A stretch of DNA of 64,000 nucleotides from an uncultured Clostridia bacterium (GCA_947166275.1 CAMVDP010000005.1:842-64841), one strand, 5' to 3'. Counted from the first letter of the stretch, positions 50,248 through 61,148 are shown. Program-made: numbers and translations. The notes: a model not told the origin generated them from the sequence alone.

Positions 50248-50856
50248 CTACCAGTTGAGCTCCTCTTTTTTCTTTTCTATCATAAACATATTCCTGTACA
50301 CGATGACTCCGACTGTGGTATTGATACCGTACGGTTGTTCTGTCGAGCCGAGCTGGTACATGATAAAACGCTTTCCCACCGGCGACTCAACGAGAAGCTT
50401 AACTACCTGCGCAGGTCTGCCGTTCATCAGCACATTGTCGTCGGCGTAGCCGTAAACAACAGCCTCGATGCGTTTGCCGTGCCGATTCAGCTTTATGTAC
50501 CTGATGATCGGACGTATCGCGATAACGAATGCCCCTATGCTTATCGCAAGGAACGGCAGAGCAAACAGGATAAACAGCCCGTTCTGCGACGGGTCCTCCG
50601 CCGTGCCCGTTAGCACGATCACTATCGGAAGTATGCCTCCGAAACCGAACCCAAAGCCGAAGATAAGCGGAAACACTATGGTCCAGAATCCTATATTGGC
50701 TTCCTTGCACTCAAGCGTAGGATATTCCATATTTGCCTGATTTGTATCGAGCCCCGTGGGGCTGCCGCAGTACGGACATATCTCTGATCTTATCGGTGCT
50801 CCGCAGTTTTTGCAGGTCATGCCGCCATCTATATTTTTCACGTTCTTTCCTCCCAT
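50248..50856 (-). CDS. Zinc-ribbon 2-TM membrane protein
   Basis: CKNCGA…CPYCGS plus two TMs. Confidence 0.8.
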   Translation of the reverse strand: MGGKNVKNIDGGMTCKNCGAPIRSEICPYCGSPTGLDTNQANMEYPTLECKEANIGFWTIVFPLIFGFGFGFGGILPIVIVLTGTAEDPSQNGLFILFALPFLAISIGAFVIAIRPIIRYIKLNRHGKRIEAVVYGYADDNVLMNGRPAQVVKLLVESPVGKRFIMYQLGSTEQPYGINTTVGVIVYRNMFMIEKKKEELNW

Positions 50857-50942
50857 AAACTATTGACTTTTTTATTATAGCATAATGTGTGTATTTTTTC
50901 AACAGTCTGTCATCATTTTTATAAAAAACATCAAATTCGGTA

Positions 50943-50971
50943 TTGAATAATATGACAAAATATGCTATAAT
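50943..50971 (+). promoter_or_regulatory. Sigma-A promoter
   Basis: TTGAAT-N17-TATAAT with TG. Confidence 0.65.
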
Positions 50972-51019
50972 ATAATCGGCAAAACAGCCTGATGAAATAT
51001 ACAAACAGAGGAAAATACA

Positions 51020-52630
51020 ATGAACAGACAGATGACAGAAGCCGAACTGCTTGCGGGCTTTGACAAAGCTCTAAATGAAGGACATATTTTTGTATGCTAT
51101 CAGCCGAAAATGAACCATACCACAGGAAGAATGATAGGCGCAGAAGCGCTCATGCGCTGGAACGACCCCGAATTCGGGCTGCAGTTCCCGTCCGACTTCA
51201 TTCCCGTACTCGAAAAAAACGATCTGATATACCTTGCCGATCTTCATGTTTTCGAGGACGTATGTAAATTCCAGAAAAAGGTGCTTTCCGACGACATATC
51301 TTCGGTGCCGATATCTTTCAATATGTCGCGCCATGACATCGTTCACGATGACTACATCGATCGTCTTGAGGAAATACGCAGTAAATACGATATCCCCGTA
51401 AAGCTGCTTCATGTGGAGATCACGGAGTCATCCGCGATAGGCGGTATGGATCTCGTGACGAAGGTGCTTGACAAACTGCATGTTCTCGGCTACAAAGTAG
51501 AAATGGACGATTTCGGCAGCGGCTACTCCTCGCTCAACGTCCTGAAAGACCTCGATGTTGATGTCATCAAGCTCGATATGCGCTTTTTAAGCGGCGACAT
51601 CGGCGGCAGAGGCGGCACCATAATAAGCTCGATAGTTCAGATGACAAAGTGGCTCAACACTCCGGTGGTCGCCGAGGGCGTGGAGACTATCGAACAGGCG
51701 GACTATATGAAAAGCATCGGCTGCAGCTACATACAGGGATATCTGTACTCAAAGCCCATCAGCAGCGACGAGTTCATCGAAAAGCTCCGTCTTATCGACC
51801 ATGAACCCGCGGCTCCCGCTATGGATCTCATCGCCACTATGGACGCAGGGCTCTTCTGGGATCCCAACTCCCTCGAAACTCTGATCTTCAACAACTATGT
51901 CGGCGGCGCGGCGATATTCCGCTATCAGAACGGCAAGATAGATATACTGCGTATCAATCAGAAGTACATGAAAGAGATCGGCATGAATATGACCGAGAAA
52001 GAGGTACTCTGCTCCGACCCGATGTCAACGCTTGACGAAGACAACCGCAAAGTATTCGAGGATACGCTCGAACGCGCCATAGACACCTGTGACGAGCAGA
52101 CCTGCGAAACATGGAGAAACGTGTGCTCGAAGATATGCGGCGAAGATCGTATATGCGTGAGAAGCGATATCCGCATGATAGGAAAAGCGGATAACGAGTA
52201 TATCTTCTACACAATGGTGCGCAACATCACCACAGAGAAAAAGCGCTTCGCCCTTGTAGAGGACAGTGAGCGCAAGTTCCGCATGGCAAGTGAGCAGGCA
52301 AACGTATACGCATGGGAGTACATATTCGCCACCAAACAGATGAGACCGTGCTTCCGCTGTATGCGTGACCTCGGAGTTCCGCCTGTGGTGTTCAACTACC
52401 CGAAGCCGATGTTCGAGAACGGCATCTTCCCTCTCGACTATGAGGAGATGTATTATGACATGCTGAAGCAGCTTGAGAACGGCAAGGAGAGCGCAGAAGC
52501 GATAATCCCGCTCACGGTGGGAAGGATCCCATTCCACGTGCGCTACACCACCGAGTTCGATGAAAACGGCAAGCCGCTCAAAGCGTACGGTTCCGCGACA
52601 CTTGTGGTGGATAACGAGAAAACCGAATAA
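51020..52630 (+). CDS. EAL c-di-GMP phosphodiesterase with C-terminal PAS-like regions
   Basis: YQPK, EALMRW, EITES, DDFGSGYSS, EGVET, QGY. Confidence 0.92.
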   Translation: MNRQMTEAELLAGFDKALNEGHIFVCYQPKMNHTTGRMIGAEALMRWNDPEFGLQFPSDFIPVLEKNDLIYLADLHVFEDVCKFQKKVLSDDISSVPISFNMSRHDIVHDDYIDRLEEIRSKYDIPVKLLHVEITESSAIGGMDLVTKVLDKLHVLGYKVEMDDFGSGYSSLNVLKDLDVDVIKLDMRFLSGDIGGRGGTIISSIVQMTKWLNTPVVAEGVETIEQADYMKSIGCSYIQGYLYSKPISSDEFIEKLRLIDHEPAAPAMDLIATMDAGLFWDPNSLETLIFNNYVGGAAIFRYQNGKIDILRINQKYMKEIGMNMTEKEVLCSDPMSTLDEDNRKVFEDTLERAIDTCDEQTCETWRNVCSKICGEDRICVRSDIRMIGKADNEYIFYTMVRNITTEKKRFALVEDSERKFRMASEQANVYAWEYIFATKQMRPCFRCMRDLGVPPVVFNYPKPMFENGIFPLDYEEMYYDMLKQLENGKESAEAIIPLTVGRIPFHVRYTTEFDENGKPLKAYGSATLVVDNEKTE

Positions 52631-52633
52631 CAG

Positions 52634-52678
52634 GATCCGCATATCGGAATATTACTTCCGATATGCGGATCTCTTTTT
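52634..52678. terminator. Bidirectional terminator
   Basis: gatccgcatatcggaa/ttccgatatgcggatc 16-bp stem plus T-run. Confidence 0.85.
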
Positions 52679-55454
52679 ATACGATTATCTCTGCGCGGCT
52701 TGTGCCAGTAGCAGTATCCTTGGTCACCACTATCTGCTTGTCTATCTTCTCTTTCAGCACACCCACGTGAGATATGATGCCAACGAGCTTCTGCCCCTGC
52801 GACAGTCCGGCAAGCGCCTTCATTACCTGCAGGAGCGTCTTGTCCTCGTCAAGTGATCCGAAACCCTCGTCCACAAACATGGTGTCGAGCTGTACACCGC
52901 CTGCCGAGCACTTTATCTCATCGGACAGCCCCAGCGCAAGCGACAGCGATGCGAGAAATGACTCCCCGCCCGACAGCGAGCGTACATCTCTGCTGCTGCC
53001 GTTGCAATGGTCTATTATACCGAGGTCAAGCCCGCTGTGCTTCGCGCGGTTATCCGTGCTGCGACGTATAAGCTCATACTGCCCGCCGCTCATTATCATC
53101 ATACGCTTGTTCGCACGAGCAAGTATCCGGTCAAAAAAGCTCATCTGAATGTACGTCTCAAACGCGATCTTCTCCTGCTGCGTGAGCGACCCGTTAGCGG
53201 TATCGGACACAGCTTTGGCTATGGTGAGCTTTTTGAGCAGCTTCTCGGATTCCTTCTGCTTTTCCTCGATCTTATTTTTGGCATTGCTGTTTATTTTCAG
53301 ATCCGCGGAAACATTGTTTATATGAGCGAGCAGCTTTTTTTTCCTGTCTTCGTACGTTATCTTCATACGTGCTGCCCCGTCCTCATCAACATCGCTCTTG
53401 TCCTTGAGCAGCTCCTCAGCCGTCTTTTTCGCGGTCTCAAGTTCGGATATCCTCATCCCGCAGTCATCGCACGCTTTCTTCGCTTCCTCATGTGCACGGA
53501 TGATATCCGCAGCTTTGGCTTCAAGTGCTCTGATCTGCTTTTCAAGCTCTTCCCTGCTGTCATATTTCAACTCGCTGCGCAGCGCAACTATGCTTGTCTT
53601 CAGGTCATCGAGACGCGCCGTTTTTTCGGCAGTCTGCTTTTCGGTATCATGTATCGTTTTTTCGACCTCGTCATATTCTGCGCGCTTCTTCGGAAGCTCT
53701 TCCTCGATCTGCTTTTTTCGCCGTATGTTGTTTTCAGCATCCGCAAGGCTGCTGTTACATTCGCTCAAACGCTTGCTTAACGCTGCGGCGAGCGCTGCCG
53801 TTTCATCGGTGATATACATGATATCTCCGTTTATCGAAAGCTCCGCAGCCTTCTGCGTGATCTCGGTCTGCCTGTCATTCTGCCGCGAGGTCAACGTCCC
53901 GACTTCACGGCTTGCCTCCGCAGCCTCATTTCGTGCTTTCTCACTCGCATCTCTCGCGAAATCCAGCTCATCGGAAGAAGGTGCATTATCGGATTTGCAG
54001 GCTTTCCTCGGATGCACCGTCGAACCGCACACCGGACATGCGCCGCCGTCTTCAAGCGATTCCGCGATGATACCTGCCTGTTCGTCGAGATACAGCCTGA
54101 ACTTTTCGTTGTAGTCCGCAGTTAGCCTGTCGCACTCCGTCATTTTCGCGGAATACGATTTCCGCTCATCGGCAAGAAGCCTGTCATTTTCCGCGTACTG
54201 TGCGCACAGCTGCGCAAGCGCGGCCGCCTTCGTGATATCAGCTTCGATGTCTCTCTTCTCCAGCAGAAGCGACTTCTCCCGTTCAGGCTCATCCTTTAAT
54301 GACTCGCCCTCTTTCATCAGCTCACCGATGCTGTCAGAAAGAGCGTTCTTGTTCTTCTTCCCCGCTTCGGCTGCCTGCTTCAGCTGTGTAAGTTCAGCTT
54401 CAAGCTGTACAGCGCTCTTTTTTCTCATATCGAGATATTCGTATTTTTCCGATGTGCTTTCAAGCAGAGTTATCTCCCGCGATATCCCGTCAAGCTCGCC
54501 GAGCCGTTCTTCCTGTGCGGCAAGCGCGCTGTCGAGATCCTGTTTCTTCGGTGTGAGCACTGCGATCTCATTCACCGCATCATCGATCACCTTGCGGGCA
54601 TTTCTTCGATTCTCGGCGATCGTAAGAAGCTCCGTGATCTTCTCGAGCTCGCCCTCGACCTCCTTCAGGTCATCGTAAGCATCCTGCTTTTCCTTCGTTT
54701 CCGCGGCTGTGAGCAGTGAAAGCAGCTCACACACCTGCGGTACAGTAAGCTCGCCGTTCTTCGCTTTTTCCGTATCCTCATAAAGCGGGGTGTCTGACGC
54801 ACACGCTATATCGCTTATGTACTGCTTTATGCTGTCATCGACGGACTTACTTTCTTTCTGCAGCATTTTGTAATTTTCCAGCAGCGCTGTCTGAAACCTC
54901 TCATAACGCTCTGTGCGGAATACACTGCGGAATATCTCCTTGCGCTCGTCCGTTGAAGCGTACAGGAGCTTGCGGAAATCGCCCTGGGCGATCATAGCTA
55001 TCTGTGAGAACTGATCTCTGTCGATGCCGATAATATCGCGTACAGTGTCGGAGACCTTGTCATCCTTTCGTTTTTTGCTGCTCTTATCGGAGAGCACTAT
55101 GCCTGTCTCCGCGTCACGCAGCTCGCTGAACGATGTGTCGGAGGAACCGGAAGCATCCTTGTTTTTCGGGCTTCGAGTTATTATATATTTTTTGCCGCCG
55201 CACTCAAATTCCAGCTCCACCTCTGTCCGTGTATCATCGGCAGCGTATTTTGAGCGGAACATATCGGTGCGCCTTACACTTCCGCTGGAATCGCCGTAAA
55301 GCGCATAGGTTATGGCATCGAATATCGTCGTCTTTCCCGCACCGGTATCGCCGGTTATAAGGTAAAGCCCGTTCTCACCCAGCTTGTCAAGTTCAAGCAC
55401 CGTCTTTTCGGCATAAGGACCGAAAGCGGTCATGGTCAGTTTAGTCGGCCGCAT
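52677..55454 (-). CDS. sbcC: SbcC/Rad50 ATPase
   Basis: GDTGAGKT, CPVCGS hook, LSGGE, DEGFGSLD. Confidence 0.95.
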   Translation of the reverse strand: MRPTKLTMTAFGPYAEKTVLELDKLGENGLYLITGDTGAGKTTIFDAITYALYGDSSGSVRRTDMFRSKYAADDTRTEVELEFECGGKKYIITRSPKNKDASGSSDTSFSELRDAETGIVLSDKSSKKRKDDKVSDTVRDIIGIDRDQFSQIAMIAQGDFRKLLYASTDERKEIFRSVFRTERYERFQTALLENYKMLQKESKSVDDSIKQYISDIACASDTPLYEDTEKAKNGELTVPQVCELLSLLTAAETKEKQDAYDDLKEVEGELEKITELLTIAENRRNARKVIDDAVNEIAVLTPKKQDLDSALAAQEERLGELDGISREITLLESTSEKYEYLDMRKKSAVQLEAELTQLKQAAEAGKKNKNALSDSIGELMKEGESLKDEPEREKSLLLEKRDIEADITKAAALAQLCAQYAENDRLLADERKSYSAKMTECDRLTADYNEKFRLYLDEQAGIIAESLEDGGACPVCGSTVHPRKACKSDNAPSSDELDFARDASEKARNEAAEASREVGTLTSRQNDRQTEITQKAAELSINGDIMYITDETAALAAALSKRLSECNSSLADAENNIRRKKQIEEELPKKRAEYDEVEKTIHDTEKQTAEKTARLDDLKTSIVALRSELKYDSREELEKQIRALEAKAADIIRAHEEAKKACDDCGMRISELETAKKTAEELLKDKSDVDEDGAARMKITYEDRKKKLLAHINNVSADLKINSNAKNKIEEKQKESEKLLKKLTIAKAVSDTANGSLTQQEKIAFETYIQMSFFDRILARANKRMMIMSGGQYELIRRSTDNRAKHSGLDLGIIDHCNGSSRDVRSLSGGESFLASLSLALGLSDEIKCSAGGVQLDTMFVDEGFGSLDEDKTLLQVMKALAGLSQGQKLVGIISHVGVLKEKIDKQIVVTKDTATGTSRAEIIV

Positions 55455-56604
55455 CGTCCTTTTCCTCCTTTTCGCCGTCCCATATCTTTCCGATGAATCC
55501 CTTTACGTAATCCGTCTGTTCTTCGGTCATATCTCTTCCATTACGGAGCCTGAAAAACTCCGCGAACATGGACAGCGGATCCTTGAGATGCGCTTCCGGA
55601 TCCGGCAAAGTATCCGCTGTCGTCATGCGCGTTCTTGTGTTATCATAATCTATCTTCATTATTCTGCGATAGACCACGCGGAGACTTGACTCGGCATCAG
55701 GTACATCGTTCTCGTCGGTCAGCACGATGTGCGTATAGTCGCTGCGATATGTGGTATCGCTGTAGAACGACTTGTCCATCAGCTGCTCAAAGCTTCCCCT
55801 TACTTCAACAATGTTATGGAGCGCCACGAGCGGTATCTCGCGGATCTCAAGGCTGCCCTTCTCTCCGAGTTCAGCAACTGTCACGGATTTCAAGTCGTTC
55901 ATCTCCGAGAACGAGTACTTGAGCGGGGTACCGCAGTACCGTATCCTGTCATCACCGACCCGCTGCGGTCTGTGAAGATGTCCGAGCGCGACATAGTCAA
56001 AATCCGCGAACACCGACGCGTCCACGTTGTCCATGCCGCCGACAGATATTTCCTCCGATTCCGAGCGCTTGCCGCCCGTTACGAACTGGTGTGCAACAAG
56101 CACATTTCTTCTGCTCTTATCCACATTCATCTGCTTCACTGCCGCCCTTACGGCATCGGTATACGACCCGATCGCATCATCGACATAAGGACGCACCGTT
56201 GACGGCTTTACGAACGGCAGCAGATAAACAGCGGTTTCGCCGTGTGCGTCATTCATTATATATGGCTCCACGCGTCCCTTGTACACCGGCGAGATATGTA
56301 TACCGCTCTTGTCCATGAAGCTCCTGCCGAACGCTATTCGCTCCGCGGAATCATGGTTGCCGCTTATCACAAAAATATCGTTCACAAGCCCGGATATCCG
56401 CACGAGGAAGTCATCGAAAAGCTCCACTGCTTCCGCGGGCGGTACAGTCTTGTCATACACATCCCCCGCGATGATGACGCAGTCGGGAGACTCTTCTCCG
56501 ATGACAGCAGCTATACGTTCGAGTATGAACCGCTGGTCTTCGATCATGGAGTATTCATACACTCGTTTCCCGATATGAAGGTCTGACAGATGTATTATTT
56601 TCAC
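55441..56604 (-). CDS. sbcD: SbcD/Mre11 nuclease
   Basis: SDLHIG, AGDVYD, GNHD, GHLH; GTG start 56604. Confidence 0.95.
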   Translation of the reverse strand: MKIIHLSDLHIGKRVYEYSMIEDQRFILERIAAVIGEESPDCVIIAGDVYDKTVPPAEAVELFDDFLVRISGLVNDIFVISGNHDSAERIAFGRSFMDKSGIHISPVYKGRVEPYIMNDAHGETAVYLLPFVKPSTVRPYVDDAIGSYTDAVRAAVKQMNVDKSRRNVLVAHQFVTGGKRSESEEISVGGMDNVDASVFADFDYVALGHLHRPQRVGDDRIRYCGTPLKYSFSEMNDLKSVTVAELGEKGSLEIREIPLVALHNIVEVRGSFEQLMDKSFYSDTTYRSDYTHIVLTDENDVPDAESSLRVVYRRIMKIDYDNTRTRMTTADTLPDPEAHLKDPLSMFAEFFRLRNGRDMTEEQTDYVKGFIGKIWDGEKEEKDDAAD

Positions 56605-56641
56605 AGTTATCACTCCCGTCTTCAAACACACTTAACGGAAA

Positions 56642-56718
56642 AATTATATCATATTTCCCGCCAAAATGCAACAGTATACGCCTCGCCGTTGACAGTTCAT
56701 ACCAAATATGATATAATT
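56642..56718. promoter_or_regulatory. Back-to-back sigma-A promoters (sbcD / nuclease-helicase)
   Basis: Minus: TTGCAT-N17-TATAAT (56671-56643); plus: TTGACA-N17-TATAAT (56689-56717). Confidence 0.8.
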
Positions 56719-56776
56719 ATACAGTATTATTGCTCTGGCATCATATCGCCCAAAAACCAAATAAACGGAGGGAACT

Positions 56777-59700
56777 ATGTCCGGACTTACACTGAAAATA
56801 ACGCCTTCACATTTCGAGTCTCTTTTCACATTCTCGTCATGCTCGCGCGCTTTCGCCAACAAATGTATACAGTTCACAGATTCAGACACCTGCTGCGGCT
56901 TCATCAAAGACACATCAAAACAGACAGCTCTTGAGAAAGCCGGAATTGACTGGGAAAAGGTCATCTGTGACCGTCTCGGGCATGATCTCGTTTTCAGAAA
57001 AAGCAAATCAGGAAAGTATATCAATTACGAACCTACGGAGCTCAGAAAGACTCTTTCCTCTCCCGAAACTATGTTCAGCAATGAACAGGAAAGAGTGTAC
57101 ATATATCAGGGAGGCCTGCCGCTCGAAAGCAGCTTCTTTGAAAGGATACTCGGAGAAAAGTACGCTGCTCCCGTCGAAGGCGCTGACGGCGTGTCGATCA
57201 GGGATGCTATTGAGGGAAGGATCGACGGGTTATCGTTCATAACCAATGACCTGAACGGGAACAACATCTCTTTTCCCGACCTTATACGCGTCAATAAGAT
57301 GCCGGACGGGAAATACACGCTCTCGATCGTAGACATTAAGCTCGCAAGGAAGCAAAAAACAGAGCACAAGATGCAGCTCACCATATACACGATCCTGCTT
57401 GATCTGTTTATCCATGCGGAAGAGCTCAACAACATATATGACGTTAACACCACGGAAGCTTACCTGTACAACTACGGTCAGGAGAAAGAGCTTCCTTTCA
57501 GCACCAGGCGGGTTCTGCCGCACCTGGAGAAGCATCTGTATACCGCTATGTGCGATATAATACGCGCTGTTGTAAAAGGCACACGCACAGGCGGCGAAAA
57601 ATGCTTTGACCTGCCGTATTTCACAAGCTGCGGCTGCACGTACTGCACTATGTACGAAAAATGCTCGGAGTATTGCAGACAGCACGAGCCAGTGATGCTC
57701 CTGCCGAACATCTCTGTCCCGGCGCAGAAGTATATACGCCGGACAAGCGAAAAGTACGGCTTTGCGCTGACTGCGCCCGACCTGAAACAATTCATCGGAA
57801 AAGGCGGTTCGGAGATACTTGCGGGCAGTTATTTCTGGAACCGGTTTCTTCCGGAGTACAAACCGCGTCTTGATATGCTGAAAGCACGCACCGATCACAG
57901 ATATGGATTCAGCCGTCTCAACAAAAAAACATCTGAAATACCGCTGAAAGAAAATGTCAAGCTGGTACTGACCGCACAGGCTGACACTGTCGCGGGCGGT
58001 TATATCTGGGGACTTCGTCTCGATGTAAATAACGACCGCAATTTCAGATGGTTCTCCGATTTTCCGCCGACACCCATGACTCTCATCGACACCGTCAGAT
58101 CATTTACAGAGGAACGGATCTCACGTAACGATGATAACAGTTTCAATGCCGAGCTTCGAGCCGACTCGCCTGACAGCGGCTCGAACGGTGTGAGCCTTGT
58201 CGTGTATGCCTTAAGCCCCGACCATGAGGCAAGGAAAAAAGCTGCCGTTTTCTTTGTACGTATATGGAAAAATATACTGACAGCTGTCAATAACTTCAAT
58301 AAGCATAACAGTATACTGCGCCTGCAGCAGTACACAGCAAACAACTACGAACTCAAAATACTGACAGAGTCGCTCCTCGGACTTCTGGATGAACAGCAGG
58401 ACGGCGAAGATACGCCCATTGTCCGCACAATACGCACAGTACTCCTGACTATACAGGGCAAAGAACTCGTTGAGACTTCAAAGCTCCGCTCGCGCCCGGT
58501 GACTGTCAACAATTCTTCGACCGCCATCATTTCCAAAGCAGTCTCAACTCTGTACGCTATCTCCGCAGATATCTCTGTGAATCTCACGGATATGTGCCGC
58601 GCTTTCGGGGTAGATGTGTCAGAGATCGAAAACACACGTTTCACGAATCACTTTTCAGACATCATCAAAAGCGACACTATAAACAATTACTGGAACGGTC
58701 AGGGCAGTACGGAAGAACTCGGAGCGCTTGCTAAATATGTGTCAGACTGTCTGAAAGCAGAATCTCAGCTTATCGAAAAAATACGTGACGATAACAATAC
58801 AAACAAAACAAATGCCATCATACATACGATACCTCCGTTCAGGATACCGAATCTGCTGGCCGTCGACGAAAACAATGCAGATGCGCGCTCAAACATAAAC
58901 AAGCTGTACTTTGAAAAGATCTACGAGCTCGAACTTGAGACCGAGAGAGTTGTCGAAGCGCGTCACATGAGCATTAAAGATGCGATAAGAGACAGCCGTA
59001 TATGGAAAGTCACGTTTGTTCCGCCGGACGCTGCAAGCTTTGATCCGTCGATGCCCATCAATTTCATCAATGGCGTGAAAATGCGGATAGACCTTACCGG
59101 CTCAACATCGGGCTTCTTCAAGGAATCGATGTTCACCGGAGTACTCTGCCATACGTCCAATGCCGAACTGATCCCGAGCTATAAAGACGATATGGAGTTC
59201 AAGGACAGCGATCAGGTAAAAGATAATAATGGTGACCCTGCATTCTTCACCTGCTCCTATGACGAGGATTGTATCGATCTCGCCACGAACACGGTAACAG
59301 TACGTTTAAACTTCGTTGAAAACACCGTTTACGCTGATAACATCGCAGATTTTCTCGGAGGTGAGTTCTATCTTTTCGAAACATCATACAGCGTCACCAC
59401 AGACAGAAGCAGAAAAGCGTTTGGCGCCATCCCGAGGAACGATGATAACTGGCTCGACCCCACCGCCGTCTATGCCGAAGAGCCCTTACCGGCGCCTCCG
59501 CCGGCGGACGCTTCACTCACCCTTCGGTACAAGCGTGATCTGACCGACTCACAGAGCAAGGCTTTCAGGCAGTTCGTGAACAAGCGTATCACTCTCCTGA
59601 TCGGTCCTCCCGGGACCGGTAAAACTTTCTTTGCAGCGTACTCCCTCATCGCTATCTGCAGATACTACAAGACAACGGGAAAGAATCTTCGTATCGCAGT

Positions 59701-61084
59701 GACCTCACTTTCACGGAACGCTATCAGGAATGTACTTACCAAAGTCACGGAGATACTTGCTGACATAGAAGAAGCATACCACATACCAAAGAACGACATA
59801 CGACACCTTATGCTTGACTCGAAACGGGTCACAGATAAGGAAATGGCCGGCTTCAACGAGCTCAAAAAAGCCGAAAAACCGACTATATACGGTGCAACGG
59901 TATGGCAGCTCGCGCTGTTCAACACATCCAAAACAAATGATGACAGAGATGCACCGTTCGATATCATAGTCATAGACGAAGCATCACAGTTAAGTCTCAT
60001 GGACGCTGTGATCGCGCTGCGGTGCGGATCGCGCAGATGCCGCTATCTTATAGTGGGAGACGAGGATCAGCTTTCACCGATAATCAAGGAGAAATACGCT
60101 GCGACTCCCGACGAGCCGTATATCTATGGTTCGGTGTTCCATTATTTCAGCACATGCCGCGATTCGGGAGTATTCACCGCGATGCTTACGGAGAATTTCC
60201 GCATGAACCAAGCGATATCGGATTACTCCGCCGTAAGCATCTACGACCCCAAGATCGACGAGATCAACAAATACCGTCCGGAAGCTGAAAAGCTGTCACA
60301 CTTTATACCTTTTGATGACAGCATCGGAAAACATACGCTGAAAAACGACAGCGGCAGGACAACAGCGGAGCTTATCGGAAACCTGTACGGAAGTGATGAC
60401 ACGCTGCTCGCGCAGATGCTTGACCCGGACTATCCGCTTGTGCTGTGCTGCATAAAGGACGGCACTCCCGATACCATGAAATATCGCGAGACCGAGCTTG
60501 CCGCAAAGCTTATACGTACCATGCAGCTCCTGCAGTACAAACATGACCCCGAACTGACTCCGGAGGTTTTCTGGAGCGAGGAAAAGAAGTATTGCGGCAT
60601 CGTATCTCCGCACCACGAGCACATACAGCGTCTCAAGAAGATGCTGCAGCGCTCCGATTCACCGTGCAACCCGAACACGATAGCAGATCCCGCCTCAAGG
60701 GCCGCACTCGGTGAATTCCTTGCCGACGAGGATGCCAGTGACATCTTCATCGGCACCGTCGACAAGCTCCAGGGGCAGGAGCGCGAGGTCATCATAGTAA
60801 GCTATGGCATAACCGACTCCGAACAGGCAGTCTCGGAGAACGAGTTCATATACAGCCTCAACCGTCTCAATGTCGCGATCACCCGAGCAAAAGCAAAGTG
60901 TATACTGTTCCTCAATGAAGCGCTGCTGACTTATCCGCTCGAAGCGCTCGCTTACGATGACCGCGAGCTTCTCGACGGTGTGGAGTATGTCTGCGGATTC
61001 AAGGAATATATGGAGAAAAAAGGCGAGATCACAGAGTATGAGGGCCTTGACCTTTACCGCTGCAAAACACCTGACGAAGAATAA
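56777..61084 (+). CDS. RecB/Cas4-type nuclease fused to SF1 (Dna2/Upf1-like) helicase
   Basis: PDLI…VDIK…QLTIY; CTYC…C; GPPGTGKT, IDEASQ, GDEDQL, TVDKLQGQE, RLNVAITRAK. Confidence 0.9.
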   Translation: MSGLTLKITPSHFESLFTFSSCSRAFANKCIQFTDSDTCCGFIKDTSKQTALEKAGIDWEKVICDRLGHDLVFRKSKSGKYINYEPTELRKTLSSPETMFSNEQERVYIYQGGLPLESSFFERILGEKYAAPVEGADGVSIRDAIEGRIDGLSFITNDLNGNNISFPDLIRVNKMPDGKYTLSIVDIKLARKQKTEHKMQLTIYTILLDLFIHAEELNNIYDVNTTEAYLYNYGQEKELPFSTRRVLPHLEKHLYTAMCDIIRAVVKGTRTGGEKCFDLPYFTSCGCTYCTMYEKCSEYCRQHEPVMLLPNISVPAQKYIRRTSEKYGFALTAPDLKQFIGKGGSEILAGSYFWNRFLPEYKPRLDMLKARTDHRYGFSRLNKKTSEIPLKENVKLVLTAQADTVAGGYIWGLRLDVNNDRNFRWFSDFPPTPMTLIDTVRSFTEERISRNDDNSFNAELRADSPDSGSNGVSLVVYALSPDHEARKKAAVFFVRIWKNILTAVNNFNKHNSILRLQQYTANNYELKILTESLLGLLDEQQDGEDTPIVRTIRTVLLTIQGKELVETSKLRSRPVTVNNSSTAIISKAVSTLYAISADISVNLTDMCRAFGVDVSEIENTRFTNHFSDIIKSDTINNYWNGQGSTEELGALAKYVSDCLKAESQLIEKIRDDNNTNKTNAIIHTIPPFRIPNLLAVDENNADARSNINKLYFEKIYELELETERVVEARHMSIKDAIRDSRIWKVTFVPPDAASFDPSMPINFINGVKMRIDLTGSTSGFFKESMFTGVLCHTSNAELIPSYKDDMEFKDSDQVKDNNGDPAFFTCSYDEDCIDLATNTVTVRLNFVENTVYADNIADFLGGEFYLFETSYSVTTDRSRKAFGAIPRNDDNWLDPTAVYAEEPLPAPPPADASLTLRYKRDLTDSQSKAFRQFVNKRITLLIGPPGTGKTFFAAYSLIAICRYYKTTGKNLRIAVTSLSRNAIRNVLTKVTEILADIEEAYHIPKNDIRHLMLDSKRVTDKEMAGFNELKKAEKPTIYGATVWQLALFNTSKTNDDRDAPFDIIVIDEASQLSLMDAVIALRCGSRRCRYLIVGDEDQLSPIIKEKYAATPDEPYIYGSVFHYFSTCRDSGVFTAMLTENFRMNQAISDYSAVSIYDPKIDEINKYRPEAEKLSHFIPFDDSIGKHTLKNDSGRTTAELIGNLYGSDDTLLAQMLDPDYPLVLCCIKDGTPDTMKYRETELAAKLIRTMQLLQYKHDPELTPEVFWSEEKKYCGIVSPHHEHIQRLKKMLQRSDSPCNPNTIADPASRAALGEFLADEDASDIFIGTVDKLQGQEREVIIVSYGITDSEQAVSENEFIYSLNRLNVAITRAKAKCILFLNEALLTYPLEALAYDDRELLDGVEYVCGFKEYMEKKGEITEYEGLDLYRCKTPDEE

Positions 61085-61122
61085 AAAACGTCCCCTGCCG
61101 CACCCTGCAGCAGGGACGTTTT
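61083..61122. terminator. Bidirectional terminator
   Basis: aaaacgtccc…gggacgtttt stem between converging genes. Confidence 0.75.
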
Positions 61123-61148
61123 CTATCCGGAATACAGCGTACACGAAG

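Noticed and set aside
56777-57700. Cas4/CRISPR locus
   Set aside because: No repeat-spacer array or other cas genes seen in the window.
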